From positions 10,854 through 74,853 of the forward strand of contig JASFQB010000008.1 in the NCBI GenBank assembly GCA_050115675.1: a stretch of 64,000 nt of DNA, in the 5' to 3' direction. This document shows, in pieces, positions 48,242 to 56,772 of the stretch; within the stretch, counting starts at the first letter, position 1, and every line of letters begins with the position of its first letter. This stretch comes from Candidatus Woesebacteria bacterium (GTDB taxonomy: Bacteria; Patescibacteriota; Saccharimonadia; Saccharimonadales; EFPC-124). Below the pieces are notes generated by a model. It made no database searches. It was not told the origin of the DNA and saw nothing but the letters and a program-made list of their open reading frames with translations. Position numbers and translations under genes: made by a program.

Positions 48242-49246
48242 ATGAAGGGTAGAAACACAATTACAATAAATGGACGACTGTACGATGCCGTTAGCGGTAT
48301 GCCCGTTGTTAGCAATGAACAAAGGACTAACTCGACTCAGTCGCCACAAAGCATTCAGCGAAACAGCTTAGATATTACTGCACCAGCAAAAAGAACAGTA
48401 CAGTCCGATATACACATGCGCCCACAAAGGTCAAAAACGCTACACCGCGCTGCGTTAACGCGGCCAGCAATAGCTAGCAATAGCACCGCACAGCAGACCT
48501 CAGCAAAGCCGCAAATTCAAAGGAGCCCCGCCATTAGCAAGTTTGGCAACACCCTACAACAAGCTGCTAGCGCACCTCAAAACCCAAATCCCAAACAGAT
48601 TAACGACGAGCCACCACAAGCCCATCCGGTTGTAGCAAAAGCACTTCAAAACATTGAGCAACGACAAGCACCACAAAAACCAGAACAGGTTCAAAGTTCA
48701 AAAGAGCTAAAAGAAGCCTTAATAAAAGAAAGGCTGTCAGAAGTAGACAAAACCGAACGTAAGCAACCCAAAAAAAGCAAGAATCCTTTTAAACGATCAC
48801 GTCTTTCTGCAGTTGCAACAAGTGCGCTTTCTGTACTTTTATTGGGCGGATATTTAACCTACCTAAACCTACCGAACATATCTATGCGCGTTGCCGCAAC
48901 ACATGCCGGAGTAGCGGCTAATCTTCCAAGCTATCAACCGGCAGGATATAGCTTTAATGGTCCGATCACATATTCTCCTGGCGAAGTTGCAATTAACTAC
49001 AATTCAAAAGACGACGACAAAAATTACACAGTTAAGCAGAAAAGCTCAAACTGGAACAGCCAAGCTGTACTAGACAACTACATATTAAAGCAAACGGATT
49101 CTTATCTAACATACCAAGAAAAGGGCCTAACAATTTATTCTTACGACAACAAAGCAGCTTGGGTTAATGGCGGCATTCTTTACACTATAGAAGGCAACAC
49201 AGCCTTAAGTGGCGAGCAAGTATTAAGTATTGCTACAAGCATGTAG
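48242..49246 (+). CDS. Membrane-anchored protein with DUF4367-like C-terminal domain
   Basis: Disordered Q/P/S-rich N-terminus, then a TM helix. The C-terminal pattern LPSYQPAGYSF...AAWVNGGILYTIEGNTALSGEQVLSIATSM resembles DUF4367. Confidence 0.5.
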   Translation: MKGRNTITINGRLYDAVSGMPVVSNEQRTNSTQSPQSIQRNSLDITAPAKRTVQSDIHMRPQRSKTLHRAALTRPAIASNSTAQQTSAKPQIQRSPAISKFGNTLQQAASAPQNPNPKQINDEPPQAHPVVAKALQNIEQRQAPQKPEQVQSSKELKEALIKERLSEVDKTERKQPKKSKNPFKRSRLSAVATSALSVLLLGGYLTYLNLPNISMRVAATHAGVAANLPSYQPAGYSFNGPITYSPGEVAINYNSKDDDKNYTVKQKSSNWNSQAVLDNYILKQTDSYLTYQEKGLTIYSYDNKAAWVNGGILYTIEGNTALSGEQVLSIATSM

Positions 49247-49248
49247 TT

Positions 49249-50331
49249 TTGATGGAGCAGCAAAAACTAAACAAATTTGCCAAACTTGCTGCTTTTGTTA
49301 AAAAGCATAAATTGCCAATAATAATTGTTAGCGTTGCTCTTGTAGTTACCGCAGGCATACTTGGTTATTTGTATTTTGTTTCTAATAATCTAAAGGCGCA
49401 AGAATCAACGCCAATCGCAAAAGCACCTGAGCCGCCCAAGGTAAAATATTTTTCTCCTTTGTCAGGCCTTGAGGTGCCAGACGAAGCTACAACAAAAAAG
49501 CAAGTAAAAGCCGTAATGATAGAAAACAGCCCATCCGCCAGACCACAATCTGGACTAAATGATGCTGGAGTAATTTTTGAGGCAATTGCCGAAGGTGGAA
49601 TAACAAGATTTTTAATCTTCTACCAAGAATCCAGCCCAGATCTAATTGGCCCCGTACGCAGCTTGCGACCGTATTATGTAGACTGGCTTGCTGCATTTGA
49701 CGCTACAGTGTCACATGTGGGAGGAAGCAAAAACGCGCTAGACGAAATACGCAACGGAACATACAAAGATATTGATCAATTCTTCAACGGAGCATACTAC
49801 TGGCGGGCTACAGACAGATACGCACCGCACAACGTCTATACAAGCACTCAAAAGTTAGACGAGCTAAACGAAAAAAAAGGCTACACGTCTAGCTCGTTTA
49901 CAGGTTTTGAAAGAAAGGACGAAGAGCCGAGCGAAACGCCTGACGCGACATCAATTGATATAGATATTTCATACAATCTTTTTAACGTTCATTACGACTA
50001 CGACAAGCCAACTAACTCTTACACGCGCTACGAAGCAGGCGAGCCACACAAGGACCGTGAGGCCGGCCAGCTTCAACCAAAAAATGTAATTGTGATAAAG
50101 GTCCCCGCAGAAATAGCTTTCGAAGACGGCTATCGCGAACAAATGACCACATTAGGCAGTGGAGAGGCAACAATTTTTATTGACGGCACCGTACATCAAG
50201 GAACATGGGAAAAACCTGATAAAAAATCGCAAATAGTCTTTAAAGATGACAGCGGAGAATTAATAAAATTAAATCGCGGACAAACATGGATTAGCGTTAT
50301 TGCACCCGAAAAGAGCGTAGTATGGCAGTAA
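49249..50331 (+). CDS. DUF3048 domain protein (YerB-like)
   Basis: AVMIENSPSARPQSGLNDAGVIFEAIAEGGITRFLIFY and RSLRPYYVDW match my memory of DUF3048. N-terminal TM anchor. Confidence 0.72.
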   Translation: MMEQQKLNKFAKLAAFVKKHKLPIIIVSVALVVTAGILGYLYFVSNNLKAQESTPIAKAPEPPKVKYFSPLSGLEVPDEATTKKQVKAVMIENSPSARPQSGLNDAGVIFEAIAEGGITRFLIFYQESSPDLIGPVRSLRPYYVDWLAAFDATVSHVGGSKNALDEIRNGTYKDIDQFFNGAYYWRATDRYAPHNVYTSTQKLDELNEKKGYTSSSFTGFERKDEEPSETPDATSIDIDISYNLFNVHYDYDKPTNSYTRYEAGEPHKDREAGQLQPKNVIVIKVPAEIAFEDGYREQMTTLGSGEATIFIDGTVHQGTWEKPDKKSQIVFKDDSGELIKLNRGQTWISVIAPEKSVVWQ

Positions 50332-51848
50332 AAATACATCAATTTTTTAAAAAACATCAAAGTGAAGCAATACTCTTTACGGTACTCCTGCAGCTATTTG
50401 TCATCGCGCTGGCATGCAGTATAACTTGGGCTACCTGGCAGTATTACCACCTCAACCCATTACATGCTTTTGTCTTGTATACATTTTTGCTACTTACATT
50501 TGAAATCATCTTTGTGCCAGCCTCAATTGCAGCAGTGTCGCGCCCGTTTAAAATTTTGTCGCAGGCAGTTGCTCATGTTTCGGATGACCCTGTACAAACA
50601 CCTCCGCCAGACATAAGTAGCAAAGAAGCTGAGCACACAGGACTCCGTGCAATGGTTCAGACCATCTACAGATTAGCAGCAGAACAAGAGCGTTCGGGTC
50701 AACAAAAAACTAAAAACCTAGACAGCTATAAAGTTATTTTTGATAACTCACCCGTTGGGATAGCGGCTATAAATGCCGAAGGCAACATAATTGCCCACAA
50801 TTCGCTTGCTCCAGTACGTCGGGACACAAACAACCAAAACGCCTTGCAATTACTTTTTGAACAAAGCAACGGCCTTGACAGTTGGCTAAAAAATGCCAAA
50901 GACAATAAAGTTCGCGACACAAAAACATGGCATCGCGTTGCAGACAAAATACCAGGCGAAGAAGATCGCAAAATATTTGACGTAATAGCGTATTACAACA
51001 AAAACGGTGAATCAAATGTTGAAACAATTTTGATAACAGTCGACCGAACTGTAGATTATGCTCCTGAAGATGAGGATATGGACTTTGTTGCCCTGGCAGC
51101 ACATGAACTTCGCGGACCAATAACTGTAATTCGCGGATATCTAGACATAATGTCCGACGAGCTTGAAAGCAAATTACAACCAGAGCAACAAGAACTTGTA
51201 GATCGCCTACAGGTATCTGCAGAGCAGCTATCTGGATACGTAAACAACATACTAAACGTATCGCGATATGACCGCAATCATCTAAAACTACACTTACACG
51301 AAGAAAAAGTAATAGACATAGTACAGTCCATGGTGCCAGATTTAGCCCTGCGCGCAAAAACCAAAAGACGCAAGTTAACCTTTAATATACCGCAAAACCT
51401 GCCAACAGTCGCGGTTGACCGCAGCAGTGTTAGTGAGGTTTTAAGCAATTTAATAGACAATGCCATAAAATATAGCTACGAAAACGGCGAAGTGCTCGTA
51501 TCTGCACAACAAAATGGCGACTTTGTCGAAATTACCGTACAAGACTTTGGCATTGGAATGCCAGTATCAATTGTTGGAAATTTGTTTAACAAATTTTATC
51601 GCTCACATCGCTCACGCCAGCAGTATAGTGGCACTGGGCTAGGACTTTACATCTGCAAAGCAATTGTAGAATCGCATGGAGGCAAAATTTGGGTAACCTC
51701 TGTAGAAGGACAAGGCTCAACATTTGGTTTTAGCTTGCCAGTTTACAGCACGGTTGCAGATAAGCTTGGCAAGAGCGATAATAGTAACGAGCAGATAATT
51801 CAGCGCTCAGACGGCTGGATAAAAAATCATGCAATGTACAGGCGATAA
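50322..51848 (+). CDS. Sensor histidine kinase (TM, PAS-like, HisKA, HATPase_c)
   Basis: H-box LAAHELRGPIT, N box LSNLIDNAIKYS, G box GTGLGLYICKAIVESHGG. Overlaps the upstream gene by 10 nt. Confidence 0.85.
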   Translation: MAVKIHQFFKKHQSEAILFTVLLQLFVIALACSITWATWQYYHLNPLHAFVLYTFLLLTFEIIFVPASIAAVSRPFKILSQAVAHVSDDPVQTPPPDISSKEAEHTGLRAMVQTIYRLAAEQERSGQQKTKNLDSYKVIFDNSPVGIAAINAEGNIIAHNSLAPVRRDTNNQNALQLLFEQSNGLDSWLKNAKDNKVRDTKTWHRVADKIPGEEDRKIFDVIAYYNKNGESNVETILITVDRTVDYAPEDEDMDFVALAAHELRGPITVIRGYLDIMSDELESKLQPEQQELVDRLQVSAEQLSGYVNNILNVSRYDRNHLKLHLHEEKVIDIVQSMVPDLALRAKTKRRKLTFNIPQNLPTVAVDRSSVSEVLSNLIDNAIKYSYENGEVLVSAQQNGDFVEITVQDFGIGMPVSIVGNLFNKFYRSHRSRQQYSGTGLGLYICKAIVESHGGKIWVTSVEGQGSTFGFSLPVYSTVADKLGKSDNSNEQIIQRSDGWIKNHAMYRR

Positions 51849-51853
51849 AATAT

Positions 51854-52234
51854 ATGTCACAGATTAAAAAAATACTATGCATAGAAGATGACTTATTCAT
51901 AGGCGAAATGTACCGTCGCAGCTTGAAACAGGCTGGCTATAAAGTAGATCTAATTAGTGAAGGCGACAAAGGTCTAGAAGCAGCAAAAACAGGCAACTAC
52001 GACCTAATTTTGCTTGATATTATGCTGCCGCAAAAAAAAGGTACAGAAATTTTACGAACCCTCAGAGGCGAGGGTGCAGACCTAGTGCCAAATAGCAGAA
52101 TTATTGTATTAACAAACTTTGACCAAGACGACGAGTCTAAACTTGCGATGCAAAGCCAAGCGGAGGGCTATCTTATAAAAGCAGATATAACTCCACGCAG
52201 ATTATTAGAAATTATTAAATCTTTAGATACATAA
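51854..52234 (+). CDS. Single-domain response regulator (receiver only)
   Basis: ILCIEDD..., DLILLDIMLPQKKG, YLIKA. At 126 aa there is no output domain. It is a paralog of 4806-5183. Confidence 0.85.
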   Translation: MSQIKKILCIEDDLFIGEMYRRSLKQAGYKVDLISEGDKGLEAAKTGNYDLILLDIMLPQKKGTEILRTLRGEGADLVPNSRIIVLTNFDQDDESKLAMQSQAEGYLIKADITPRRLLEIIKSLDT

Positions 52235-52301
52235 TTGCCATCTTGCCAATTATCTGATAACATATCTAGGTCACTTTTGGCCTGATTTTTGGGAGGCAAA
52301 A

Positions 52302-52532
52302 ATGGCCACAGCACCTGACATTCTCGACGTTGAGCGCGGCAAGTACGTCATCCTCAAAGCTGATCTTTCTAGCGAACAGATTTCGGTAGAAGCCTACGGC
52401 AAGAGGGTTGGCGAAACTTACGGCATCAGCAATCCTCGCGTGGTAAGTGCAGTAATTGGCGATGAACGCAGCGACCATTACGCAATCATCGTAACTCGCC
52501 GTGGAAGCGGCAGTGGAGGCTGGGGCGGATAG
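52302..52532 (+). CDS. 76-aa hypothetical protein (GC-enriched orphan)
   Basis: GGGAGG SD 6 nt upstream, a downstream hairpin (about 52537-52571), and a Gly-rich C-terminus RRGSGSGGWGG. Confidence 0.45.
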   Translation: MATAPDILDVERGKYVILKADLSSEQISVEAYGKRVGETYGISNPRVVSAVIGDERSDHYAIIVTRRGSGSGGWGG

Positions 52533-52640
52533 TCATTTACCAGGGAGCCGCCAAATGGCACCCTGGTAAACAAAAACCACAACAAAACCCCTAGCAAAAA
52601 ACGACATAATATTATAAAATGTAAAGCGTAAACCACTAAT

Positions 52641-52717
52641 GGCCCCTTCGTCTAGTGGTCCAGGACGTCAGGTTCTCATCCTGAAGATCGCGGGTTCGAC
52701 TCCCGCAGGGGTCACCA
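52641..52717 (+). tRNA. tRNA-Glu (anticodon CUC), CCA encoded
   Basis: GGCCCCTTCGTCTAGTGGTCCAGGACGTCAGGTTCTCATCCTGAAGATCGCGGGTTCGACTCCCGCAGGGGTCACCA folds as a cloverleaf with anticodon loop TTCTCAT. Confidence 0.9.
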
Positions 52718-52732
52718 TGACATTACAAAACC

Positions 52733-52762
52733 AAAACCCCACAAAATATGTTGTGGGGTTTT
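52733..52762 (+). terminator. Rho-independent terminator after tRNA-Glu
   Basis: AAAACCCCACAA (52733-52744) pairs with TTGTGGGGTTTT (52751-52762). Confidence 0.75.
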
Positions 52763-52841
52763 GCAGCTAAATTCATCATACTAATTTCGCTCAGACTTCA
52801 TTAAAATAAAGTCTTCACTAAATTATATAAAGAGATAATAA

Positions 52842-52870
52842 TTGACAAGAGCAATATTACTTGTTAAAAT
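52842..52870 (+). promoter_or_regulatory. Consensus sigma70-like promoter for the HisRS pair
   Basis: TTGACA (52842-52847), 17-nt spacer, TAAAAT (52865-52870). Confidence 0.55.
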
Positions 52871-52912
52871 TTATTTGACCACAGTCTAACTAATCGATGA
52901 GGAGTATGAAGG

Positions 52913-54220
52913 ATGGTTAACACGAGAGCAATGACCGGCTTCATGGAATTGACGCCGGGCCAACAGCTCGAGTTTGACAGGATTAGAAGAGTTATCGAGC
53001 AGGAATATGTGCGTTTTGGCTTTACGCCAATCGACACTCCCGGCATCGAACGCTCCGAGGTCCTACTAGCAAAAGCTGGCGGTGAAACGGAAAAACAGAT
53101 TTACCGTTTCACTAAAGGTGGCGACGACGTTTCTTTGCGTTTCGATCTTACGGTACCTCTGGCGAGGTATGTCGCCGAGCACTACAGCGAACTCGTATTC
53201 CCGTTCCGAAGGTCGCACATCGCCAAAGTATATCGCGGCGAGCGCCCTCAAAAGGGTCGCTATCGCGAATTCTACCAATGTGATATTGACGTAATCGGCG
53301 AGTGCACTCTCGGAATCGCCTATGACGCTGAGATTCCCAGAGTAATCTACTCCACCTTCTCCCGTCTTGATTTCGGTAAGTTCACCATAAAGGTTAACAA
53401 CCGAATGATCTTGTCCGGTTTAATGTCGCACCTTAATGCAGAATCGATTTCTACTGACGTCCTTAGGGTCGTCGATAAGATCGAAAAAATTAGTCACGAG
53501 GAGTTCATCTCCGAGCTCAAAGCTCTTGGCCTGAGCGAATCTCAAGTTAACGACGTCGTTCGATTCATCCGCATTAAGGATGACCCGGACTCAACAATTG
53601 ATCAGTTACGAGCCATGGGCGTCGAGGATGATAAGTTCGAACAGGGCGTGAATGATCTGGAAACAGTCGTTCGCCTGATGCGCACCATGGGCATTCCTGA
53701 CAGCCACTTTGCGATCGACTTGTCGATTGCTCGTGGCCTTGATTACTACACCGGTACAATTTACGAGACAACCCTCGACAACCACTCGCGCATTGGCTCC
53801 ATTTGCTCTGGCGGACGTTACGACAACCTCGCTTCATGTTATACAGACAGAAGGCTTCCAGGTGTCGGAATCTCCATCGGTCTCACTCGGCTCTTTAGCC
53901 AGCTGCTTGAGCTCGACATCGTCGGGAGCAATAAAAAAACAGTTGCAGATGTCCTCGTTATTCCTTTGACGGATAGCGAGGTTCAGTCTGCGCTAACTCT
54001 TGCTAACCAACTACGCTCAAGCGGCAACAATGTTGACGTGCTGCTCACGTCTGCGCAAGTCAAAAGGAAGTTTAGGTATGCTGATAGAATCGGCGTGCCG
54101 AATGTAATTGTTGTTGGCGCCGATGAAGTTGCAAGCCAGTTGTTCACTCTTCAAAATATGAGCACTGGCAACAAGCTCTCGCTTACTGTTAACGAGATTT
54201 CCGAACGACTCACCAGCTAA
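52913..54220 (+). CDS. hisS: Histidine--tRNA ligase (class II, canonical motifs)
   Basis: YRGERPQKGRYREFYQCDIDVIG, GGRYDNL, and a C-terminal anticodon-binding-like domain (VLVIPLTD...VDVLL...KRKFRYADRIGVPNVIVVG). GAGGAG SD. Confidence 0.85.
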   Translation: MVNTRAMTGFMELTPGQQLEFDRIRRVIEQEYVRFGFTPIDTPGIERSEVLLAKAGGETEKQIYRFTKGGDDVSLRFDLTVPLARYVAEHYSELVFPFRRSHIAKVYRGERPQKGRYREFYQCDIDVIGECTLGIAYDAEIPRVIYSTFSRLDFGKFTIKVNNRMILSGLMSHLNAESISTDVLRVVDKIEKISHEEFISELKALGLSESQVNDVVRFIRIKDDPDSTIDQLRAMGVEDDKFEQGVNDLETVVRLMRTMGIPDSHFAIDLSIARGLDYYTGTIYETTLDNHSRIGSICSGGRYDNLASCYTDRRLPGVGISIGLTRLFSQLLELDIVGSNKKTVADVLVIPLTDSEVQSALTLANQLRSSGNNVDVLLTSAQVKRKFRYADRIGVPNVIVVGADEVASQLFTLQNMSTGNKLSLTVNEISERLTS

Positions 54221-54234
54221 GGAGCGTGGTCGGC

Positions 54235-55524
54235 ATGACCAATCGTCATCATGCTAGTCATATACCGGCTGGCACTAGCGAAGTGTTTGGTGTTGAGATG
54301 CTGCGACTTCAGGACGTCATCGACACTATCAGGGGGACATATGAAGCTTTCGGCTTCGACCCCTTGCACACGCCAATCCTTGAGCACGCCGAGGTGTTCA
54401 ACGGACATCACGGAGAGGGTGAGAAGCTACTATTTAAATTCTCCGACTCTAGCGGCACACAACTGGTGAACCGCTACGATCTCACTGTTCCGCTTGCTCG
54501 ATTTGCAGGCACGCACCCTGAAACCCCACGTCCACTAAAGCGCTATCAAATTGCTTCAGTATTCCGTGACGACAAGCCAGATCTTGGACATTCTCGCGAA
54601 TTCACTCAATGTGACGGTGATGTCGTAGGAAATTCGTGCTTGTCGACCGATGCCGAAGTAATTTGCGTGGCATATACCGGGCTAACACGCCTAGGCTTTT
54701 CAGCATTCAGAATTCGAGTCAACCATCGCGGAATCATCAAAGCAATTGCAGAGAAAGCGGGCATTAAAGATGCCAATGGAATAGTCATGATCCAAAGAGC
54801 GCTCGACTTCTCCGATAAAATTACAAAATCGGGATTGTCCGGAGTCGAGGCTGACCTTTCCGACCATGGAGTTCCGCAAGAGGCTATCGACGCAATAATG
54901 GAGATGGTCACGCTTGATGGCAACGGGCCGCTTGATAAGCTCGATAAAATCCAGCGATCACTCAGTTTTTCTGAAATCGGAAGAGCTGCCACGGATGAGC
55001 TCGACACCATCCTCAGGATGTTGCCGCCCACTGTTCTTGAAAAAGTAACTGTCGACCTTACGCTGGCGCGCGGAGCCGACTATTACACTGGATTTATTCT
55101 TGAAGGTGTAATTGAGTCAATTCCAGTTGGCGCCGTTCTCGGTGGCGGGCGCTATGACAACCTAATTGGCAAATTTGGCAACAAGCCAGAACCTGCCGTT
55201 GGCATGGCGTTTGGTCTCGAACGAATAGTCACCGCAATGAAACTCTCGGGTATATTCGACAGCACCAGGCTTCAACAGAGAGTCCTTGTTGTCGCAAATC
55301 CAGAGATGGATGAAGGGCGAATAATCAGTATCGTCAACCGATTGCGAATCGCCGGAGTCTCGGTCGACTACTTGCCTCACGGCATTAACAGCAATCCTCT
55401 TGGCTATGCTCAGCATCGTGGCTTCTGCGCTGTCATTGAGCTTTCCGACAACTGTCACACCGCTACAGCAGTATTTGAAGCGGGCGAAGAGCTTCTTTCG
55501 AGAATTCTACCCTACCTCAGCTAG
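54235..55524 (+). CDS. HisRS-like paralog with degenerate catalytic motifs (HisZ-like or novel function)
   Basis: Collinear with HisRS (DLTVPLARF, GGGRYDNLIGKFG). The ERPQxGRYREF block reads FRDDKPDLGHSREFTQCDGDVVG, and the C-terminal domain is degenerate. AAGGAG overlaps the hisS stop, with ATG at 54235. Confidence 0.7.
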   Translation: MTNRHHASHIPAGTSEVFGVEMLRLQDVIDTIRGTYEAFGFDPLHTPILEHAEVFNGHHGEGEKLLFKFSDSSGTQLVNRYDLTVPLARFAGTHPETPRPLKRYQIASVFRDDKPDLGHSREFTQCDGDVVGNSCLSTDAEVICVAYTGLTRLGFSAFRIRVNHRGIIKAIAEKAGIKDANGIVMIQRALDFSDKITKSGLSGVEADLSDHGVPQEAIDAIMEMVTLDGNGPLDKLDKIQRSLSFSEIGRAATDELDTILRMLPPTVLEKVTVDLTLARGADYYTGFILEGVIESIPVGAVLGGGRYDNLIGKFGNKPEPAVGMAFGLERIVTAMKLSGIFDSTRLQQRVLVVANPEMDEGRIISIVNRLRIAGVSVDYLPHGINSNPLGYAQHRGFCAVIELSDNCHTATAVFEAGEELLSRILPYLS

Positions 55525-55565
55525 TTGTCGGCGCGTGCAAGAAATAGTTAGTGGTTAATCAACGT

Positions 55566-55597
55566 CCATGTTCCCCTTTGCAAATCGGGGAACATGG
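55566..55597 (+). terminator. Hairpin terminator after the HisRS pair
   Basis: CCATGTTCCCC (55566-55576) pairs with GGGGAACATGG (55587-55597). Confidence 0.65.
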
Positions 55598-55770
55598 CCA
55601 CACACTTTACTCAATCAATCAGTCGTGATAATATCAATTTAATGTTTTTAACACTTTTCAACCATCATACAAACGCCCTCTAAAGGAGGTTTGTTTGCCG
55701 GTTGAATAAACTGCATATAGTGGCCTCCTTATGGAAGCTATTTTTTTATTGTGCAAAAAGAAAGGTCAAC

Positions 55771-56766
55771 ATGATTCCAGAGAAATTAAAGCCAGGCGAT
55801 GAAGTGAGGATAGTTTCGTTTGCCAAATCCGCGTCCAGCATAGATAAAAATGTGCTAAATAAATCGATTGCCGTGCTCGAAGGCATGGGCTTAAAAGTTA
55901 CTTTTTCTGCGAATGCTTTTTCGCAAAAGCAAAGAGGCTGCCCAACCGACCAAGAAAAGATTTTTGACTTGCACAAGGCTTTTAAAGATAAAAACGTCAA
56001 ATGCATTTTGGCGGCAATTGGCGGTTTTAACTCAAACCAACTCCTTAGCCTTATTGATTGGGATTTGCTGCGCGCCAATCCAAAAATTATGGCAGGCTTT
56101 TCGGATATTACGGTTATAAGCCACGCAATTTTAGCCAAAACCGGCATGATTTGTTACGCTGCGCCAAATCTTTATTGTTTTGGCCTGCCGCCTGAATCGA
56201 GTTATTCTGTAGAATATTTTAAAAAATGTCTGTTTACCAACCTTAGCGCCGACTACCAAATTAAAAATTCAAATGTTTTTTACGATTACCCCTGGGATTA
56301 TGACGATAAATCCAACAGAACGCCAAATCAGAATATTGGCATTCAAGTTTTGCAGCCCGGCCAGGCCGCCACTGGCACGATAATTGGCGGCAACATGTGC
56401 AGCCTTAATTTGCTCAATGGCACTGAATATTTTCCAAAAATTGATGGCGATATAATTTTATGCATCGAGGACGACAGCTATGATTCAATTCCAGAAACCT
56501 TTGAGCGGAATTTTCAGTCAATTATTCAGCAGCCGTATTTTAAACAGGTCAAGGCAATTCTTATCGGCAGGTTTCAAAAAGAATCTTGCACCACTGAGCA
56601 GGCGCTAACAGATATAATTATGTCTAAAAATATTCACAGCAGCATTGCCGTGGCGTATAATTTTGACTTTGGCCACACTGATCCAAAATTTACATATCCA
56701 ATTGGCGGCAAGATGTCTGTTGATTTAAATGCGGATCAGCCGCAAATTAGAATTATAAAGTATTAG
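55771..56766 (+). CDS. S66-family serine peptidase (LD-carboxypeptidase / MccF-like)
   Basis: N-terminus KPGDEVRIVSFA, nucleophile motif AGFSDITV, C-terminal FDFGHTDP histidine motif. I prefer the ATG at 55771 over the upstream TTG at 55702. Confidence 0.8.
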   Translation: MIPEKLKPGDEVRIVSFAKSASSIDKNVLNKSIAVLEGMGLKVTFSANAFSQKQRGCPTDQEKIFDLHKAFKDKNVKCILAAIGGFNSNQLLSLIDWDLLRANPKIMAGFSDITVISHAILAKTGMICYAAPNLYCFGLPPESSYSVEYFKKCLFTNLSADYQIKNSNVFYDYPWDYDDKSNRTPNQNIGIQVLQPGQAATGTIIGGNMCSLNLLNGTEYFPKIDGDIILCIEDDSYDSIPETFERNFQSIIQQPYFKQVKAILIGRFQKESCTTEQALTDIIMSKNIHSSIAVAYNFDFGHTDPKFTYPIGGKMSVDLNADQPQIRIIKY

Positions 56767-56772
56767 CGTTTG

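Noticed and set aside
50767-51357. 196-aa ORF antisense to the second histidine kinase. Similar antisense or overlapping ORFs occur inside atpA/atpD, pgi, the first kinase, xth (39316-39633) and pyrH.
   Set aside because: Each is fully embedded in a strongly supported conserved gene on the opposite strand or in another frame. None has start signals or a family resemblance.
55683-55730. A perfect AAGGAGG with a complementary CCTCCTT 35 nt downstream, upstream of the S66 peptidase. I considered an SD-sequestering riboregulator, or a longer N-terminus starting at TTG 55702.
   Set aside because: The stem is only 7 bp with a large loop. The TTG extension (MNKLHIVASLWKLFFYCAKRKVN) does not resemble S66 N-termini, whereas MIPEKLKPGDEVRIV from ATG 55771 does. 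This is probably a relic of rearrangement.
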